Under the pieces are notes generated by a model that was given only the letters and a program-made list of their open reading frames with translations, was not told where the DNA came from and did not search any database. DNA of 64,000 nt from Felis catus (taxonomy: Eukaryota). Location of the stretch: positions 105,030,001-105,094,000 of the forward strand of contig NC_058368.1 in assembly GCF_018350175.1 (NCBI RefSeq), written 5' to 3'. Position 1 is the first letter of the stretch; every line of letters begins with the position of its first letter. Shown here piece by piece: positions 1-10,841 of this stretch. Position numbers and translations under genes: made by a program.

Positions 1-613
1 AAAAACATATCCTAAACTCCATCCATACACTTTCAGTTAGAAGTAACCCCAAGGAAACTTTGCCTTTCAGCTCTAGTCTTTAGTTATATATAGAAATCAG
101 GAGCCTAGACTTCTAAATTGTTGTAATTGATTTGTTAAACATTTGTATTTTTGGAAGTACATTAAGAAGAGAAGAACCAATCTGTCTGGGCCTCATGGAA
201 TGTTTCCATAACGTCTCCAAGTCACCTTTACTTGTAAAGGTCCTAAAAGTACTTTTCTGCACTATTTTGTAATCTGTTTTTCAATATTTTTTGCTACTGG
301 GTTATTATTCACTAGACTACAATGTCCTGGTGTTGGAAAACATCTTCATAAATTACAAACTGCAACTCATCGAGATTCTACAGGAGACAAATTGCTTCAA
401 GTTTGCCTTCCAAGAATTTATAGTTATTTCCTAGTAACTTTGTCACTGACATCTGTGATAATGTTTTTGGAATTAGAATATGTTCTCTAACATTTTTGCT
501 TCTCAGAATAAATGATCTGGATGGAGAAAAATCTGCTTGAAGACATTAGGCTGGAATAGAGGCTGAGACGACTTCGATTTTAGCTGATATTTAAATATTT
601 TAAAAAAATACCA

Positions 614-832
614 TTTATTTATTATTTTTGAGAGAGAGAGATAACAAGAGGGGGAAGGGGCAGAGAGAGAGATTGAGAGAGAGAGAGAGAGAGAGAGGCA
701 CAGAATCTGAAGCAGGCTCCAGGCTCTGAGCTGTCAGCACAGAGCCCGACGCGGGGCTCGAACTCACGGACCGTGAGATCGTGACCTGAGCCAAAGTCGG
801 ACGCTTCGCTGACTGAGCCACCCAGGTGCCCC
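614..832 (-). mobile_element. Can-SINE (felid SINEC)
   Basis: Reverse-strand tRNA-derived head ggggcacctgggtggctcagtc, (CT)n tract and A-rich tail. Confidence 0.95.
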
Positions 833-1741
833 TTGAATAATTTTTTTTAAAGTATAAGTTTGGAGGGCTAGTAAGACAGAATATTCCAATTGCCTTGGGT
901 TGCTTAGGAAAGTGACACTGGGGCAGGGACGGTATTTGGAAAATGGCAGCCTATCAGCTGATATCATGGTGGGTAATGGACAGAAGAATGTATAGACACT
1001 GTAAAAGGAAATAAACACAAATCAGACCAAAATATCAATGTTGATCAGTCAATGAAGGTTAATTCATCCTTAAAAGTAAGAAAATACACCTTACTAAGAG
1101 CAAAATGTGAGAAAGAAATAACTTCTGATCACACGTACTGCCCGTCTTCGTTGGATGGACCTTCATCTTTAAGAACCAACCTTTGGTTCTCTCTTCTGTG
1201 TGGTGCCTAGGCTTCACTCACAAACGTTAGCTCCGCCTCGAGTTATTCAGGTAGTCACAAAGGTACACGGCCAGGACTGAATATTTCAAATGCGGACACA
1301 ACGCTGCATCCCTGTTTTGGCATTTCTTTTTTTGTCGGTAAACAAAAGTCGCCGCGGCTGCCGGAGACCTCTGGAAACGCTAGCGGATACCAATGACTTG
1401 AAGACTCTGCTAACGAAACCACCTCACTGGCCGTGTGCTCAGTGTGCCCTTTAGGAGCTGTGTTCCTCAAATGAAATGGTTTCAGAAGCATCAGGCTTCC
1501 CAGACAGGATGCCCCTCTCTCCTGTGGGCCTGACTCTGCTTCCTGTCCTTTGTCACCGTATTTTGGGGGAAAGTCATTCAGGACTCTCCTGTCCAGATGT
1601 TTTTAGTTCACTTGATTCTGGCTGCTCCCTTTCTGGCAAATTCTGAAAACATCTCAAACCCAACCTCACCCACCCCAACGAAAACGTCAAACAGGTTAAA
1701 TACAGGTCTCCCTGGCTCTATTGTGATCAGCCCTTCCTGCG

Positions 1742-1962
1742 TTTGTTGTTTTTGTTTGTTTGTTTTTAAGTTTATTCAGTTTTGAGGGACAGAGAGAGAC
1801 AGAGCATGAGTGGGGGAGGGGCAGAGAGAGAGAGGGAGACACAGAATCCAAAGCGGGCTCCAGGCTCTGAGCTGGCAACACAGAGCCCGATGCGGGGCTT
1901 GAACCCACGGACTGTGAGATCATGACTGGAACTGAAGTCAGTCGCTTAACCCACTGAGCCAC
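1742..1962 (-). mobile_element. Can-SINE, extreme 5' end missing
   Basis: SINEC body and (GA)n tract; the head stops at ccactgagccac. Confidence 0.92.
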
Positions 1963-2220
1963 TGAGTATCAGAATTCATTGCTTGCTTTGGAGAGTTGTG
2001 AAATGGCAAAGTGCGTGTGCTGAGCCCTTTAAATGTTGTCCTGTGGACTTGCTGTGCCCCTGGGCCACAGAGAGAGATAAGCTCTGGGACCTTGCCACGT
2101 GACCTAAACTGTAGTTTTGGGTCAGGTTTACTTTTATTCTACTCCTGATAGGATCCATTGGAGGGACAATAGAACCGTAGCTTTGTTATCACCAGAACAC
2201 AACAGAAAGGTCTGGAACTT

Positions 2221-2438
2221 CTTTATTTTTTAATTAACTAATTAATTAATTAATTTTTTAGAGAGAGTGAGTGAGCAAGTGCATGAGTTGGGGAGAGGCA
2301 GAGAGAGAGGGAGAAAGAGAATCTCTTGCAGGCTCCTTGCTCAGCGTGGAGCCCAGTGTGGGGTTTGATCTCACGAACCTTGAGATCATGACCTAAGGTG
2401 AAATCAAGAGTCACAGGCTTAACCACCTGAGCCACCCA
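2221..2438 (-). mobile_element. Can-SINE (older subtype with aaatcaagagtc)
   Basis: SINEC body, (GA)n tract and T-rich tail. Confidence 0.9.
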
Positions 2439-2620
2439 AAAGCAGGACTGGGCCTTCTTGAAATCATACAGATATGTGTAAGAAAAAAGTGAAAACCCCT
2501 TGATCTCTGAGACCACCTCCCCCCATCCTCAATCAGTGTATAATCAAGAATATGCCTTTATAATGTTTTTTTCTCTAAATTCATATAGGTAGAAAGTTAA
2601 TGAATAGGGTGAGTTCCCAT

Positions 2621-3293
2621 TGTGGAAATAAATGAAGACCCTCCCCGCCCCAAATGAGAACAAGCAGAGACTATGTATTCAGAATTTGCTACAGCAAGGG
2701 AGCCAGCCGCCATCACTTGCGTTCAGCAGAGACCCAAAGGCAGGGAAAGAAGAGGGAAATCCTTGCAGGGGAAGAGGGAAGGCATAGGATAAGTCCTGAT
2801 TGGAGGTTGTTGGCATGGGGAAGCTGGAGGTGGGCTAATCAGAAGTAGGGCATCTTATAGGATTGCTTGGGGGTACATATTTGGCTTTTTCCTATTGGTC
2901 CAAGGGTGTGAGCAGGGTTAAAACTAGGGAAGCTTAAGGGCACCTAGATGGCTCAGTCGGTTAAGCATCCGAGTTGGGCTCATGTCATGATCTCTCGGTT
3001 CATGGGTTTGAGCCCCACTTTGGGCTCTGTGCTGACAGCTCAGAGCCTGGGACCTGCTTCAGATTCTGTGTCTCCCTCTCTCTCTGCCCCTCTCCTGCTC
3101 TGTCTCTGTCTCTCAAAAATGCATAAACATTAAAATTTTTTTTTTAAATTAGAGAGCTGTCAGTTAATAAATAATCAAGTCTTGGCTGTTTTGCACCAAG
3201 TGCTACCAGGGTAAGTGACTTCCTGGGCTGTTTGCTACAGAGTTCTATTTTTATTTAGGGTCTAACCTTTCTGTCTGTATATGCAGTCTCTCA
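2621..3293 (-). mobile_element. Solo ERV LTR relic interrupted by a SINE
   Basis: On the - strand it begins TGAGAGAC and ends TTCCACA (TG...CA), flanked by a 4-bp near-TSD ccat/ccac. Family not assigned. Confidence 0.6.
2938..3145 (+). mobile_element. Can-SINE inserted in the LTR
   Basis: Head gggcacctagatggctcagtcgg; degenerate TSD aaactagggaagct/aaattagagagct. Confidence 0.92.
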
Positions 3294-3299
3294 CCACAA

Positions 3300-3858
3300 G
3301 TAATTATTTATTCATAGGTACTCTAAATATCCTGAATACGTTCCCATTGTCTGTTGTATACTGGAAATCATAGTTTCTCCCAGACTGTTGTTTTTCATAC
3401 TTATAAAAGTGTTGTTTTACATTTTTATATAAGCAAATCTTTTTCTTCATGACTTTGCAAATATGTAGCTTTCTAAAGAAGGCCACCCTCTTTATAATAT
3501 TACAACAAATGTCTCCTAAATTTCCTTTTAATGTTATTGTGGTTTAAAAAATAGCTTTGTGATCCAGACAAACTTAATTTTTGCACACAGTGTCAGAAGG
3601 AACTACAGCTTTCTTTCCTTTTCCAAATGGGTAGCCATTTGGAGTTACACATTCTTCCCCCATCGGCTCAAAAACCCATGTGCTCGCTTCTGGGCTTTGC
3701 TCTTTCAGTCTAAAACTTTCAGACTAAAACATCGCAGTTTGTTTTGAGGAAAATATCCTCTTCAGTTTTAGTTTCTTTCTTTAACTTGCATTATTAAGAA
3801 AAGTTGTTTTTTTTTTTTTAAATTGAAAGAGAGAGAGAGAGAGAGAGTAAGGGAGAGG

Positions 3859-3902
<44 letters not shown>

Positions 3903-4460
3903 CTTGAGCAGGCCCCATGCCCAGTGTGGAGCCTGACATGGGGCTCAATTTCACGACCCTGGGATCATGACCTGAGCCAAAATCAAGAGTCAGAAGCTCA
4001 AATGACTGAGCCATCCAGGTGCCCCAAGAGAAGTATTTTTTTAATTTCAATTTTCATAGGCTTTCCCTCTAGGTATTTTATAAAATTATTGCTTCATAGC
4101 ACAAGAATGTGGTCTAATTTCTGCTTTTTGATTACTAAAGATTATTCTGGTCTAACTATGTCAATTTTTGTGAAGTTCTAATAAGTTTCTGAAAGTAATG
4201 TATATTCTCAATTTCTTGGCTTAAACATCCAGTCTTGTTATGATAAACCTCAAATCCTCTATGACCTTACTGTCTTAAACAGTTTCTAAGACATTTATAT
4301 TCAATTCTCTCAGTACAATTATGGATTTGCCGATTCCCCCCTGAATATCTAACAGCCTCAACTTATATTAAAGCAACGTGATTAGTTGTGTAAATGTTCA
4401 CGAGTATTATAGTGTCTTGGTGGATGTCAGATCTATTATCTTGGATGCCTCTTTCCCAGT
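3300..4460 (-). mobile_element. Highly degraded ancient L1M fragments (SINE-interrupted)
   Basis: T-rich stretches resembling antisense L1 ORF2, e.g. gtaatgtatattctc...atggatttgcc. Confidence 0.5.
3790..4025 (-). mobile_element. Can-SINE
   Basis: SINEC head at 4025 with an expanded (GA)n tract. Confidence 0.92.
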
Positions 4461-5934
4461 GTTGGAATGCACATCCGTAATTGGGAGGTGAATGAAAATC
4501 AAAGCAGAAAGCGACTAAATGTGGATTATTTTTACCTGGACACAACTGGGGCTCATAGTCTCCTCAAAAGAAAACATCTCATGACAAAGTCCTTTACCTG
4601 AGAAGTAGCAGACTCCTCCTGGGACTGTCCGGAATCACCACAGCCACAATGTGACCATGAGCCCTTCCTGCCCTGGTGTTTCTGTTTCCACATAGTCCAC
4701 TGCCCATTTAATTACTTACTTTTAGACTTTAAGACCATTAATTAGAAAACCTTTGGGTTTGCTGGGCTTTTTTGTCTTGGCAATGTTCCTTTCCTGCTCT
4801 TACCATTAAGTATTGATTCTGTAGGTCAGGCTCTCCCATCCTGAGTACCTTTTACTATGTGCTTGTTATACTATCTTTAGATAAAAATGTTGCGATGGGA
4901 AAGAAGTGGCTGTTTAACGGCTATTAGGTTACTTTTTTGAGTTGAGATGTCAAGCATTCAGGGAAAGGGTGCCTGTTCTCCACCAGCCTAGAAGTCTGTT
5001 TTGTAGCTCTCAAGACTTGGAAATCACTGAATCCCAAAAAGCTGCGATTTCTTGTACAAGCAAGGCTGGAGAGTACCCAGAACTATACCAGGGGTTGTGA
5101 GTGCCATGGCCACTGTGACCTTAATGGATAGTTTAGTTTTTGTGGATTTTTTTTTTCTTTTCAATAGGGGCAATTAAAAGTATAACTAATGCAATCACAT
5201 TTGTATAATGTTAGTAGGATTAACGTTAGTAGGATTCACGTGTAAATTAATACATTCTAACAACCCATTTGTATGTCAGGCTATACACCCCAGTTTTTTA
5301 TAAAAATGGACATTAGCTGGAAGCTACTAGTAACAGTAGAGAACACAAAAGAACCCAAAGAATATTCCTTGAAGTATTGACAAACATTTTAGGGAGAAAA
5401 CACCCTCTCTTAAAGACCATTAGAAAATGGTAGAATACACGGAGAACTGCTAATTGTAACAGCATTGTCTGTAAACTTTCCAGAAGCTCAGAGAAATTTT
5501 CTTCTTATATAGATATACCTTGGTTATTCCAGACATAGCTTTTACAGACAAGACATCTCTTCCTAGTCCTATAATTTTGAGCAGGCCAGGTAATTTAAGG
5601 AGGTTGGGAGCATAGAACATTTCTTCTCTGTCTTGGGGTCTCAATCTCTCCCAATTATGCAAAAGAAAAAGGCAAACCTATGTCTGTCGAGTGCCAGTCA
5701 TTTGCTGAGTACTTTTATATGCCCTATTCCGCTTTATCTTCACCACAAACCTGCAGTGTTAGGATCCACTTACAGATGATAAAACCGCAGTTCGGATTAA
5801 GTTTCATATTTGAATTGCTGAGCTTCGAATCAGCAGGGCCAGGCTTTTATACCAAGTCAGAACTTCCGGTCTTTCAAAATCATTATCGTGTCACGGGAAG
5901 CTCTTGGTTATATCGGGGAGTCAGGCAGTAGTTG

Positions 5935-6075
5935 AGAGTAACCTGGGGACCCACTACTTGTGATTAGCATCTGAAGTGGGGGCAGTCTGGTAACGTGGAG
6001 CTCTTAACCTGTGGGGACTGTGCTAAGTCTAGCCACTTCGTGTCACATAACTCACACAGCTGGCGTCAGAAGAGG
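5935..6075 (+). mobile_element. MER21-like LTR fragment
   Basis: gcatctgaagtgggggcagtct...cttaacctgtgggg...cagctggcgtcag resembles the MER21 3' region. Confidence 0.55.
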
Positions 6076-6271
6076 TTAGTAGAGGAGAAGAAACACAGGA
6101 ATGCTTTTCCTATTCCGCAACAATAAATTACCAATACCTTTGTAACAGAGACAGCGATTCAAATGCTTAGTCCGGTTTGAAGTATGAAGAATACATCATG
6201 ATTCGTAGGACTGGATGACTTCTTTATTTATTATCATCTACCATGTTTTCTTAATAAAATAACATGGAGCA

Positions 6272-6708
6272 GGGGAGCCTGGGTGGCTCAGTCAGTTAAG
6301 CCTCCAGCTTCGGCTCAGGTCATGATCTTGCTGTTAACCTAGCTTGAGCCCTGTCTCGGGCTCTGTGCTGGCACCTCAGGGCCTGGAGCCTGCTTCGGAT
6401 TCTGTGTCTCCCTCTCTCTGTGCCCCTCTCCCACTCATGCTCTGTCTCTGTCAAAAATAAATACACATTAAAAAAAAGTAAAGGGGCACCTGGGTGGCTC
6501 AGTCGGTTGAGCAATCGACTTTGGCTCAGGTCATGATCTCACGGTCTGTGAGTTCGAGCCCCGCATCTGGCTCTGTGCTGACAGCTCAGAGCCTGGAGCC
6601 TGCTTCGGATTCTGTGTCTCCCTCTCTCTGCCCCTCCCCTGCTCGCAGTCTGTCTCTCTCTCTCAAAAAATGAATAAACATTAAAAAAAAATAAAAATAA
6701 ATAAAATC
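6272..6708 (+). mobile_element. Two tandem Can-SINEs (6272-6482 and 6483-6708)
   Basis: Two complete head-(CT)n-tail units in direct orientation; outer degenerate TSD aataaaataacatggag/aataaaatcacatagag. Confidence 0.93.
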
Positions 6709-6789
6709 ACATAGAGAAAAACAGAAAATGATCACCCTGAGTTTCTAATGGATTGTTTACAGGCTATCCTACTCAATATTAGAGACGCT

Positions 6790-7020
6790 AAGGCATCATG
6801 GTTAACAGCGTGGACAATGGAACTATGAAGACTAGATTTTACATGTTTCCAGCTATGTGACCGTGAGCACATTATTAATCGAAGACCCAGTTTTCCCACT
6901 TGTAAAGCAGGCAGAGTAATCACAAGTGCCTCACAGAGATCTGAAGGGATGAAATATGATAATGCGTGATCTTTATACATTGAATGACTGGTAGTGAGTG
7001 CTCAATAAATGTCAGCTATT
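6790..7020 (+). mobile_element. MIR SINE relic
   Basis: Core cagttttcccacttgtaaa and 3' end gtgctcaataaatgtcagctatt. Confidence 0.75.
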
Positions 7021-7433
7021 ACAGAGACGCTTTCCATATGAAAAGTGTGTTCTGATTACATTTAAAATGGAAATTTAGCAGATAAAGGACAGAAGCTCAA
7101 ACCCAAATTTTGCCAGCGTGTTATTTTTTGTTAATGATATTAGCAGGATCAGAATGACTTTCCGTTCATCTGGACAAGTGCACAACCCCTGACCCTGTGA
7201 ACTTGGGTGTTGTGGAAAGCTAATCATCCCCAGCAATGTCAGTGTCAGGGCAAAGCACCAGCTGGAGGAAATTTAATCAGAGATACATCTCCCACGTTTT
7301 TATGTTACATTTTATATACATTTAACCTAACTAGAATATTCATAGAATAGGAATAGAGAATTCATAGAATATTCATGAATATGGCTTCTTATACCTCTCA
7401 TGTCTTATTTCCTGGGTTTATACATTCTTCCAT

Positions 7434-7445
7434 CACACACACACA

Positions 7446-7478
<33 letters not shown>
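7434..7478. repeat. (CA)n microsatellite
   Basis: Seen directly. Confidence 0.97.
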
Positions 7479-8432
7479 TCTATTCAGATAATCATTTATC
7501 AGCTGATTTATTGATAATTGTAGAACTCTGTTGGCTAGAAGATGTCACTGATCATGAGCTGACTCCGTAAACAGGGAAGAGAAACTGTTGTAGAAAAGGG
7601 GTCGGAGAAGCAGAAGAAAGGGAAAGAAAAGACACTAATAGAAAATGCCAAATAGAAGAGAAAAACCATCATAAATAAAAATATGGAGACCAAGGGGAAG
7701 CCATAAGGAAAAGAAGTATTTGTTTGGTGTGAAAAATTAGTGCATGGATGACTGAAGGAGAAGAAATATTTGAGAATTTCTTATGACTGTCACCTGCGCT
7801 TACATTTCTTACTGTTTCCCTCAGCTAATTTCCCTAAGGAAAAGAAGGCTATTGTCCATCTACAGCACTAAGAGAAAGTGCAAGCTTAGACCGTAGTCAC
7901 ACTAAACATTTGCCATAGCTTTATGTGCTTACTCTTCACAAACACTGGCTTAGTTGCAGTTTGCTGGCTCTACACTAGAACTTGAAAGAGGGTTACACGC
8001 TGAGAAATAAGATGATTATCAGGGTTCCCAGGTAAATAGGGCAGCGTACTGGTCAGAAGAGCCAGTGTCACCACCAAGACATAGTTTTCCCATCTGTATG
8101 TAGAAATCATCGTATGCGTCCTTCCTTCATACCCGAACAACAAATGAGTCAATGACTAGATGTGGCCAATGAGGTGGAAACACACTCCTTACGTTTAACA
8201 CTGTAAAGCAGCAAGTTGCAAATGGATTGCGAGATGGCGAGGTCCGGGAGGGGGCAGTAATGAGAGTTTAGAGCACCAGTCTCCAAAGGAAGGATACGCC
8301 ATCCAGCCTGCAAACAAGATTCAGGCGGATGTATACGCATATCGGATGCAGAGTGATTGGTTGCCGGGCTAGGCTTCCGTCACACAGAGAGGACAAAGGA
8401 AGATTCTCGTTTGGGGAGTCTGAGCAGCCTGA

Positions 8433-8498
8433 GAGAATTATGACCTGAGCTGAAATCAAGAATCTAACACGCAACCGACTGAGCCACCCAGGCATCCC
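8433..8498 (-). mobile_element. Can-SINE head only (3' part lost)
   Basis: tgacctgagctgaaatcaag...gagccacccaggcatccc with no (GA)n tract or tail on its left. Confidence 0.85.
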
Positions 8499-8504
8499 AA
8501 AAGA

Positions 8505-9430
8505 TTTTTTTTGGAGATTAAAAATTGAAAAACTCCATGAGAAGTTGAAAATAAAGTTAGAGAAATAGTCAGAAAGTAGAGCAACAATGACAAAAAAATA
8601 GGTGAGAAGCGATAAGAAACTTAGAAAACAGTCCAGAAAATCTAATACATATAAAAGAAGTTTAAAAGGAACCAGAATATGCCATTTGAAACAACATGGA
8701 TGGAACTAGAGTGTTACTATGCTAAGCAAAATAAATTGGCCAGAGAAAGACAAATACCGTATGATTTCACTCATATGTGGCATTTAAGAAGCAAAACAGA
8801 TGAACATAGGGGAAGGGAAGGAAAAACAAAATAAGATAAAAACAGAGAAGGAAGCAGACCATAAAAGACTCTTAAAGATAGAGAACAAACAGAGGGTTGA
8901 TGGAGGGGAGGTGGGTGGCAGATGGCATAAATGGGTGATAGGCATTAAGGAGGGCACTTGGGAGGGTGTTGGATGTGTACGTGATGAGTTGTTCAGTTCC
9001 ACTCCTGAAACCAAATACTATGTTATATGTTAACTAACTTCAATTAAAAGAAAAACTTGGAAGAAAATAAATAACTTGTATTTTTAAAAAAATGAACAAA
9101 AACAGAAAATATAGAAGATAGGAAATCATAAAAATTGAAGGCATTTCTTCAGGACTAAAGGTCACGAATGTCCAGATTAAGAGGGGTCCTAGAAGGCCCA
9201 AACAATGAACGAAAGTAGGTCTATGTAAGGCACGTCACTGTGAAATTTCAGAACTGGGCACAGGAAAGATTCTCAAGGCGTCCATATGGAAAAACAAATC
9301 ATATACAAAATGTTAAATACCTTATCAACTCTGTAAGCTAGAAAAGTGGAGAATCCCTTCGAAACTCAACAAGAATATTATTTCCTAGGTAGAATTTAAT
9401 ACAGAGCCAAAATATCAATCAAATAAGAGG
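8505..9430 (+). mobile_element. Ancient L1M ORF1-region relic, interrupted by a younger L1 3' end
   Basis: A-rich L1 ORF1-like segments on both sides (gaagttgaaaataaagttagagaaat...; tccagattaagagggg...tgaaatttcagaac). Confidence 0.6.
8676..9092 (+). mobile_element. 5'-truncated carnivore L1 3' end
   Basis: gccatttgaaacaacatggatggaactagag... (ORF2 end), 3'UTR and A-rich tail. Confidence 0.9.
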
Positions 9431-9812
9431 AAAGAGTACAGATGTTATCAAACGTGACGGACATCATTTTCCAGAAAATGCGACACACCCAAACTGAGGG
9501 AGCAGGAAAAAAACATGGAACACAGGAAACAAGAAATCCAACACAGAAGAGAGGGAAAAGGAACCTTTGGGACAAGAGTGAGGAGGGATTTCAAGAAGGC
9601 TGCTCTGTACCCAGGATGCAGGGTCAATGTGCCACAGGTTTAGATGGAAAACCTGTAGCCAGGGACAGTGCAGAATGCTTTTCTCTGTTGTGGGCCTTCC
9701 CCCAAACCAGAGGGAAGAGATAGGTACCAGGAAAGTCACTGAAACCACTGATAAGATCCAGGATGATATATGATTGAGAATGAAGGGTGGCATAATAAAA
9801 AATTATGGTCTA

Positions 9813-10032
9813 CGGTAGCCTGGGTGGCTCAGTCGGTTAAGCGTCTGACTTGGCTCAGGTCATGATCTCATGGTTCGTGGGTTTGAGCCCCGCGTTCGGC
9901 TCTGTGCTGATAGCTCAGAGACCGGATCCTGCTTCGGATTCTGTGTCTCCCTCTCTCTCTGCCTCTCCCCCACTACTGCTGTCTCTATGTCCTTCAAAAA
10001 TAAATAAATGTTAAAAAAAATTTAAAACATTT
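9813..10032 (+). mobile_element. Can-SINE
   Basis: TSD taaaaaattatggt(c/t)tac. Confidence 0.93.
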
Positions 10033-10635
10033 AAAAAATTATGGTTTACACGAAAGATTGATGTCATTTTTTTTTTAATTGAAATCGTGGTAAGAGCTTG
10101 TGGTTCCCATATACAAGAATGAAGAAGAAAACACAATCTTACCTGAGTAAGAATATATCACCCTTATATCTAATCCTTCAGACGCTACACTATTTTTCCA
10201 TTAATGAGGGATAGGTACCTCTGGGAATGTGATGGTTGCCACGTTTATTTTGAGAGAACATAATCATTATGCATAATAGAAGCAAGGACTGTATCAAAGT
10301 CAATCCTGGCAGGAAATCTGGAAGGCTGGGAATGTCTTCCCCTGATGGAGCAGTCAGGGGGAGAAGAGAGTCCTTATAAAATAGGACAAGGTCTGTAGCT
10401 CAATTTTGCTTTAAGGAATCCCATGCTCTTGACATGGGTAGCTATGTTGAAGAACATAGAAAAATTGTTTTTTCTCTGGCAACTGAGGTGTTCTGTGTGT
10501 CTGATTTTCAGTTCAATTCTGGGAGATTTCTGATTGTCATTCTTCACATAGACCACTCCAAAATACATGCCTTTGTATTTATTAATCTTTATTAATCTTA
10601 ATTAATCTTTATTAATCTTAAGATCTAGAATTCTA

Positions 10636-10841
10636 GGGGCACCTAGGTGGCTTAGTTGGTTACATGTCTGACTTTGGCTCAGGTCATGATCTCACAGTTC
10701 GTGGGTCCGAGCGTCATATCAGGCTCTCTGTTGACAGCTCAGATTCTGTCTCCCTCTCTCTCTGCCCCTCCCCCCACTCGTGCTCTATCTGTCTGTCTGT
10801 CTGTCTCTCTCTAAAATAACATTAAAAAAACTTAAAAAAGA
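10636..10841 (+). mobile_element. Can-SINE
   Basis: TSD ctagaattcta at 10625-10635 and 10842-10852. Confidence 0.92.

Noticed and set aside
615..821. Recurrent MAQSVK...SPASGS ORFs throughout the window
   Set aside because: Translations of Can-SINE bodies, not a gene family. The tRNA-like heads are SINE-derived, not tRNA genes.
3680..3690. gtgctcgcttc, identical to the U6 snRNA 5' end
   Set aside because: Only 11 nt match; the sequence then diverges.
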